Position numbers and translations under genes: made by a program | Assembly (NCBI GenBank): GCA_944383185.1 | Contig: CALWOS010000030.1 | Coordinates: 1 to 40,179, forward strand | Origin: an uncultured Oscillospiraceae bacterium | Lineage (GTDB): Bacteria > Bacillota > Clostridia > Oscillospirales > Oscillospiraceae | Length of the DNA stretch: 40,179 nucleotides | Direction of reading: 5' to 3' | Notes under the pieces: model-generated | What the model was told of the DNA's origin: nothing | Databases searched by the model: none | The model's input: the letters and a program-made list of their open reading frames with translations, nothing else | In this document: piece by piece, positions 35,961 to 40,179 of the stretch | How the letters are laid out: the number at the start of each line of letters is the position of its first letter | Position numbering within the stretch: the stretch's first letter is position 1

Positions 35961-38102
35961 TCAGTCTTCGTCAGGGATCACGCCGGTGGCCTGGCCATCC
36001 GCCGAAATCTCGTACACCAGAGCGTCGGACTCGGGTTCATGGTACGCCGGGGCCGCTTCCTCCACCACCGGCTTGGGGGCCGGGGCGGGCTCGCTCAGGG
36101 CGCGGATGGACAGGGAGATCTTGTGCTTGTCCATATCGATGTTGGTGATTTTCACATCCACCATATCCCCAACTGTCAGTACCTCGTCGGGCTTGCCGAT
36201 GCGGCGGTTGGCAATCTGGGAGATGTGGATCAGCCCGTCCACGCCGGGAACTACCTCGGCAAAGGCGCCGAAGTCCATGAGCTTGACAATGCGCACATTG
36301 GCCACGTCGCCCACCTTGTAGGTGTCCAGGAACCGCTTCCAGGGGTTCTCGTTGGGATCTTTGTGGCCCAGGGAGATCTTTTTCTTCTCCTTGTCGAAGT
36401 TGATGACATACACGTCGATCTCATCGCCCACCTTCAGGATGTCGGAGGGCTGGTTGATGCGGCTCCAGCTCAGCTCGGAGACGTGGACCATGCCGTCAAT
36501 ACCGCCGATGTCCACAAAGGCGCCGTAGCTGGTCATGGACTTCACCACGCCGTGGTACCGGGAACCGACCTCGATCTCATCCCAGATCTTGGCGGCGCGC
36601 TCCTTGCGCTCCTGATTCAGAGCGGCGCGGATGGAACCCACCACACGGCGGCGGCCACGGTTGACCTCCGTGAGTTTCAGGCGGACGGTCTGTTTGACCA
36701 GCTGACTCAGCTCCGTGCCTTTGGGCAGGCCGGTCTGGGAGGCGGGGACGAAGACCCGGATGCCGTTGACGTTCACTACGACGCCGCCCTTGTTTTCCTC
36801 GGTAACCTTACCCTCGACAATGTTGCCGTTCTCCGCGGCAGCCTCGATGTCGGACCAGAAGCGCACGGCATCCAGGCGGCGCTTGGAGAGCATGACTGTG
36901 CCCTCCATATCGTTGACACGCACAGCCACGGCCTCAATGGTGTCGCCCACCTTCACCGCGTCGTTGATATCCGTGCCGTCATCGGTGAACTCGGATACGG
37001 GGATGAAGCCGCTGTGCTTCGTACCCAGATCCAGACTCACCTCCGTGGGGGTGATAGCCACCACGACGCCGCTGACAGTATCTCCATTATATATGGTCTT
37101 GATGGAGTCCTCCAGCAGCTCGTCGAAGCTCTTCTCCCCTTCCGGCTTTGCAGGGGCCGCGGCCTCCTCTGCCGCAGGCGCGGCGGGAGCTGCCTGCTCC
37201 TCCGTCACAGGCGCGACGGTCTCCTCCGGGACGGGCTGCACGGTCTCCTCGACTTTGATTTCATCACACATCTTCGTTTCTACCTCCTTTATTATCCACG
37301 CAGGAGTGGAAGCCCCCGCGGTGATACCTACCTTTTGTATGCCCCGCCAGTCCGTCCGGTCCAGTTCCGACGCCGTCTCAATAAAGTACACCCGGGGGCA
37401 GACACTGCGGCAAAGCTCGGCCAGATGCCGGCTGTTGGCGCTGTGCCTGCCGCCGATGACAACCATGGCGTCCACCCGCCGGGCCAGCTCCAGAGCCTCC
37501 TGCTGCCGCGTAAATGTAGCTCCGCATATTGTATCAAATATTTCGCTGTTTGTACACACATTTTTTATTAAATTTTTGCAGGAGATAAGATTTTCCTGGG
37601 TTTGCGTGGTCTGGAACACCACAGTGATGGGCTTTCCCGGGTTTTCCGGGTCCTTGCTCAACCATTCTTCCAGTTCGGCCGCGCCGGAAAACACCAGGCT
37701 TTCCCGGCACCAGCCGCGGATGGCCAGGATCTCCGGATGCTCCGCCGCGCCGATCACCACAGGCAGGCGGCCCGCCGCCTCCGCCGCTTCCACAAGGCGG
37801 TGGATCCTGCTCACTCTGGGACAGGTGGCGTCCAGGATCACAGCGTTCCGGGCCTTCAGACGCTGCAGCGTATCCCGGGACACCCCGTGGGAACGCAGCA
37901 CGACCCGTTCCCCTTCCGGCAGCTCTTCCGGCGCCGTGATGGTACGCAGTCCTTTTTGGGCCAGCCTGTCCACCACGGCGCTGTTATGAATGAGTTCCCC
38001 CAGGCAGCAGCACGGCCCCGCCTGTAAGGCCAGCTCCGCTGTCTCCACAGCGCGGCGGACCCCAAAACAAAATCCAGCGCTGCGGGCCCTTTCCAGCGTC
38101 AT
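35961..38102 (-). CDS. ispH: Bifunctional 4-hydroxy-3-methylbut-2-enyl diphosphate reductase (IspH) / ribosomal protein S1-like (four S1 repeats)
   Basis: N-terminal about 285 aa is IspH (SAGFCFGVRRAV, three Fe-S Cys regions). A Pro/Glu/Ala linker follows, then four S1 OB repeats (e.g. GSRYHGVVKSMTSYGAFVDIGGIDGMVHVSELS). A fusion of this type is known in Clostridia. Confidence 0.92.
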   Translation of the reverse strand: MTLERARSAGFCFGVRRAVETAELALQAGPCCCLGELIHNSAVVDRLAQKGLRTITAPEELPEGERVVLRSHGVSRDTLQRLKARNAVILDATCPRVSRIHRLVEAAEAAGRLPVVIGAAEHPEILAIRGWCRESLVFSGAAELEEWLSKDPENPGKPITVVFQTTQTQENLISCKNLIKNVCTNSEIFDTICGATFTRQQEALELARRVDAMVVIGGRHSANSRHLAELCRSVCPRVYFIETASELDRTDWRGIQKVGITAGASTPAWIIKEVETKMCDEIKVEETVQPVPEETVAPVTEEQAAPAAPAAEEAAAPAKPEGEKSFDELLEDSIKTIYNGDTVSGVVVAITPTEVSLDLGTKHSGFIPVSEFTDDGTDINDAVKVGDTIEAVAVRVNDMEGTVMLSKRRLDAVRFWSDIEAAAENGNIVEGKVTEENKGGVVVNVNGIRVFVPASQTGLPKGTELSQLVKQTVRLKLTEVNRGRRRVVGSIRAALNQERKERAAKIWDEIEVGSRYHGVVKSMTSYGAFVDIGGIDGMVHVSELSWSRINQPSDILKVGDEIDVYVINFDKEKKKISLGHKDPNENPWKRFLDTYKVGDVANVRIVKLMDFGAFAEVVPGVDGLIHISQIANRRIGKPDEVLTVGDMVDVKITNIDMDKHKISLSIRALSEPAPAPKPVVEEAAPAYHEPESDALVYEISADGQATGVIPDED

Positions 38103-38695
38103 TTTGTTTCCTCCCGCAGGGCGGAGATACGCTCCATCAGCGCTTCCGACTCCATGGAAAAAATCTCATGGTCCCCGGCGGCGCAATCCACGTAGTAGGG
38201 ATCTCCCACCCGAACCACAACTTTATGGAACAGCTTCTTTTCCCGGGGAATATACACCGGGACAATGGGCACATGGAGCCGCCCGGCCAGGCGGATGGCG
38301 CCAGTTTTGGCGGCCACGGCGTCATCCGTGCCGGAGCGGGTACCCTCTGGGAAAATCATGACCTTTTCCCCGCGCTTCAGCAGGCGCATTGACGTGCGGA
38401 TGGCGTTGATGTCCCCGCCGCTCCGGTCCACGGCAAAGCTGCCTACCCGGCGGATCCACCAACCCACAATGGGGACGTCCATCAGTTCTTTTTTGCACAT
38501 GAAATGGAGATAGTGTTTTTTGGTGATAGCCACAGCCAGGAACAGGGGATCCAGGGCATGGGAGTGGTTGGCGCAGACGATGCACGGCCCTTCCGGCATC
38601 TTTTCCCGGCCGATGCAGCGGGTGGGATAAAGCAGCGCCGCGATAATCCACAGGAGGTTATAGATAAAATGATAGGCTCTTCGTTCCTTGCTCAT
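38099..38695 (-). CDS. plsC: 1-acyl-sn-glycerol-3-phosphate acyltransferase
   Basis: Start ATG 38695 (MSKERRAYHF) in an ATGA overlap with the cmk stop. NHSHALDP (HX4D) and FPEGTRS motifs. 198 aa. Confidence 0.9.
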   Translation of the reverse strand: MSKERRAYHFIYNLLWIIAALLYPTRCIGREKMPEGPCIVCANHSHALDPLFLAVAITKKHYLHFMCKKELMDVPIVGWWIRRVGSFAVDRSGGDINAIRTSMRLLKRGEKVMIFPEGTRSGTDDAVAAKTGAIRLAGRLHVPIVPVYIPREKKLFHKVVVRVGDPYYVDCAAGDHEIFSMESEALMERISALREETK

Positions 38696-39375
38696 AAGCC
38701 AAACCGCTCCCGGATCAAAGTATTCAGGGCCTGTGCGCTCTCTTCCAGGCTGAGGTCTGTTGTGTCCAGAAGCACGGCATCCTCCGCCTGGCGCAGGGGC
38801 GCCGCAGCCCGGCTGGAGTCGTTCTTGTCCCGGTACTGGATATCCCGGAGGACCTCTTCCAGTGTGCACGCTGTGCCCTTTTCCGTCAGCTCACGGTAGC
38901 GGCGGCGGGCACGGGCCTCCGGGCCAGCAGTCAAAAACACCTTCAGCCCCGCGTCCGGCAGCACCACGGTGCCGATGTCCCGGCCGTCCATCACCACGTT
39001 GTGTTCCCGGGCAAGACGCCGCTGCATCTCCAGCAGAAACGCCCGGACTTCCGGCAAAGCCGAGACGTCTGAGGCATAGATGGAACTTAAGGGCGTACGG
39101 ATCTCCCGGGACACATCCTCCCCGTGGAGGAGCATCCGCTGGACGCCGGTCCTGTCATAGTCCATGGCAATGTCCAGCCCAGGCAGCAGCTGAATGACCC
39201 CAGCGGCGTCCCGGGAACCCACACCCGCCCGCTGGGCGGCCAGACCCACGGTGCGGTAAATAGCGCCGGTGTCCACATATAAAAGCCGGAACTCCTTGGC
39301 CGACATGCGGGCCAGGGTGCTTTTCCCCGCCCCAGAGGGGCCGTCGATGGCCACGGTGATGTGTCTGTCCGTCAT
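38692..39375 (-). CDS. cmk: Cytidylate kinase
   Basis: [38 protein letters not shown]. 227 aa. Confidence 0.95.
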   Translation of the reverse strand: MTDRHITVAIDGPSGAGKSTLARMSAKEFRLLYVDTGAIYRTVGLAAQRAGVGSRDAAGVIQLLPGLDIAMDYDRTGVQRMLLHGEDVSREIRTPLSSIYASDVSALPEVRAFLLEMQRRLAREHNVVMDGRDIGTVVLPDAGLKVFLTAGPEARARRRYRELTEKGTACTLEEVLRDIQYRDKNDSSRAAAPLRQAEDAVLLDTTDLSLEESAQALNTLIRERFGL

Positions 39376-40179
39376 GCATATCTCTCCTGGTGATCCAGCA
39401 TCCCCCGGGCGGCCACTGTGGCCGTGGACCAGGCGATCTGGAGATTGAAGCCGCCGGTATAGGCGTCCACATCCAGGACTTCACCGGCAAAAAAGAGTCC
39501 CGGAATCAATTTGCTCTCCATGGTACGGGGATTCACCTCCGAAACAGCCACGCCGCCGGAGGTGACAATGGCCTCCGCCACCGGGCGGGGGCCTTTGAGC
39601 GCCACGGGGAAGCGGCGGAGTGTCTCCTGCAAAGCCCGGCGCTGTTCCCGAGTGATGGAGTGCACTTTGCTCCGGGGGTCTATGCCGGAACACTCCACCA
39701 CCAGCGGGATGAGCTTGTGGGGAAGCAGTTCCCCCAGGGCGTTGATAAAGTCGCTGTTCTTGTGCTTGGCGAAGTCAGAAAGAAGCCGCCGGTTCAGTGT
39801 CTCATCGTCCAGCGCGGGCTTGAGGTCGATTTCCGCTCGGCAGCCGCCCGCCGACCAGTCCCGGATGTGGGCGGAGGCGGAGAGGACCAGAGGGCCGGAG
39901 AGGCCAAAGTGGGTGAAAAGCAGCTCCCCAAAGTCGGAAAAAACTGCCTTGCCGCCACAAAACGCGGTGAGGCGGACGTTTTTCAGGGAAAGGCCCTGGG
40001 CCCGGGCGCAGAGGTCTCCTTCCTCCTCCAGAGGCACCAGTGAACCCACTGGGGACACCACGGTATGGCCCAGGCGGCGGGCAAAGACGTAGCCGTCCCC
40101 TGTGGAGCCTGTGCCGGGATAGCTGGCCCCGCCGGTGGCCACCAGGACCCGCTTCCCGGCAATCTGCCGCCCGTCCCGG
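39372..40179 (-). CDS. NAD(P)/FAD-dependent oxidoreductase, HI0933/YhiN-like (5' end outside the window)
   Basis: The open frame runs to the window edge. ATGGASYPGTGSTGDGY, FTHFGLSGP, FAGEVLDVDAYTGGFNLQIAWST are typical of the family. ATGA overlap with cmk. Confidence 0.85.
   Translation of the reverse strand, partial: RDGRQIAGKRVLVATGGASYPGTGSTGDGYVFARRLGHTVVSPVGSLVPLEEEGDLCARAQGLSLKNVRLTAFCGGKAVFSDFGELLFTHFGLSGPLVLSASAHIRDWSAGGCRAEIDLKPALDDETLNRRLLSDFAKHKNSDFINALGELLPHKLIPLVVECSGIDPRSKVHSITREQRRALQETLRRFPVALKGPRPVAEAIVTSGGVAVSEVNPRTMESKLIPGLFFAGEVLDVDAYTGGFNLQIAWSTATVAARGMLDHQERYA

Noticed and set aside
36039-37989. 510-aa and 424-aa plus-strand ORFs opposite the ispH-S1 gene
   Set aside because: Antisense to a gene with clear IspH and four S1 repeats. 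No RBS or motif support.

Overview
High-GC Clostridia-type chromosomal segment. Hand counts of sample 60-nt lines give about 60% GC in core genes. cwlD, an SLH-anchored subtilase, the DapL lysine route and an IspH-S1 fusion suggest a spore-forming Oscillospiraceae-like organism (inference only). The window is mostly conserved housekeeping: about 45 protein genes and one tRNA-Gly(CCC). I saw no transposase, integrase, CRISPR array, rRNA or recognisable defence system.

Layout:
- 164-7014: S8/SLH protease (minus strand), then aspB, a small TM ORF, cwlD, radA, degV and a low-GC orphan lipoprotein (plus strand).
- 7246-7319: tRNA-Gly.
- 7417-9380: DUF4364 gene, a Cys-rich hypothetical gene and a Cys-rich small-domain gene.
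- 9392-40179: almost entirely minus strand. In transcription order: oxidoreductase (partial)-cmk-plsC-ispH/rpsA fusion, carD-ispD-ispF-coaX, ECF S component, DUF3343-class V desulfurase-like pair, cdaA-cdaR, the four-gene cassette, yicC-remA-gmk-rpoZ-priA-def-fmt-rsmB-rlmN-stp-prkC-rsgA, HD-dapF-dapL, and glmS with the Cys-rich small-domain gene.
- Many junctions are ATGA/GTGA stop-start overlaps.

The best candidate for an undescribed system is the tightly packed four-gene cassette at 26183-28645: an RseC-like protein, a DUF5685-like protein, a J-domain/TPR protein with a 9-Cys tail, and a polytopic membrane protein. It sits between cdaAR and yicC. The DUF5685-like protein carries Asp-rich motifs that resemble squalene/phytoene synthase motifs.

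Other items are modest: a low-GC lipoprotein islet beside the tRNA, a Cys-rich hypothetical gene with CATA-type promoter-like boxes, structured leaders, and glmS without room for a ribozyme.

All family assignments come from motifs read by eye. No database search was run.
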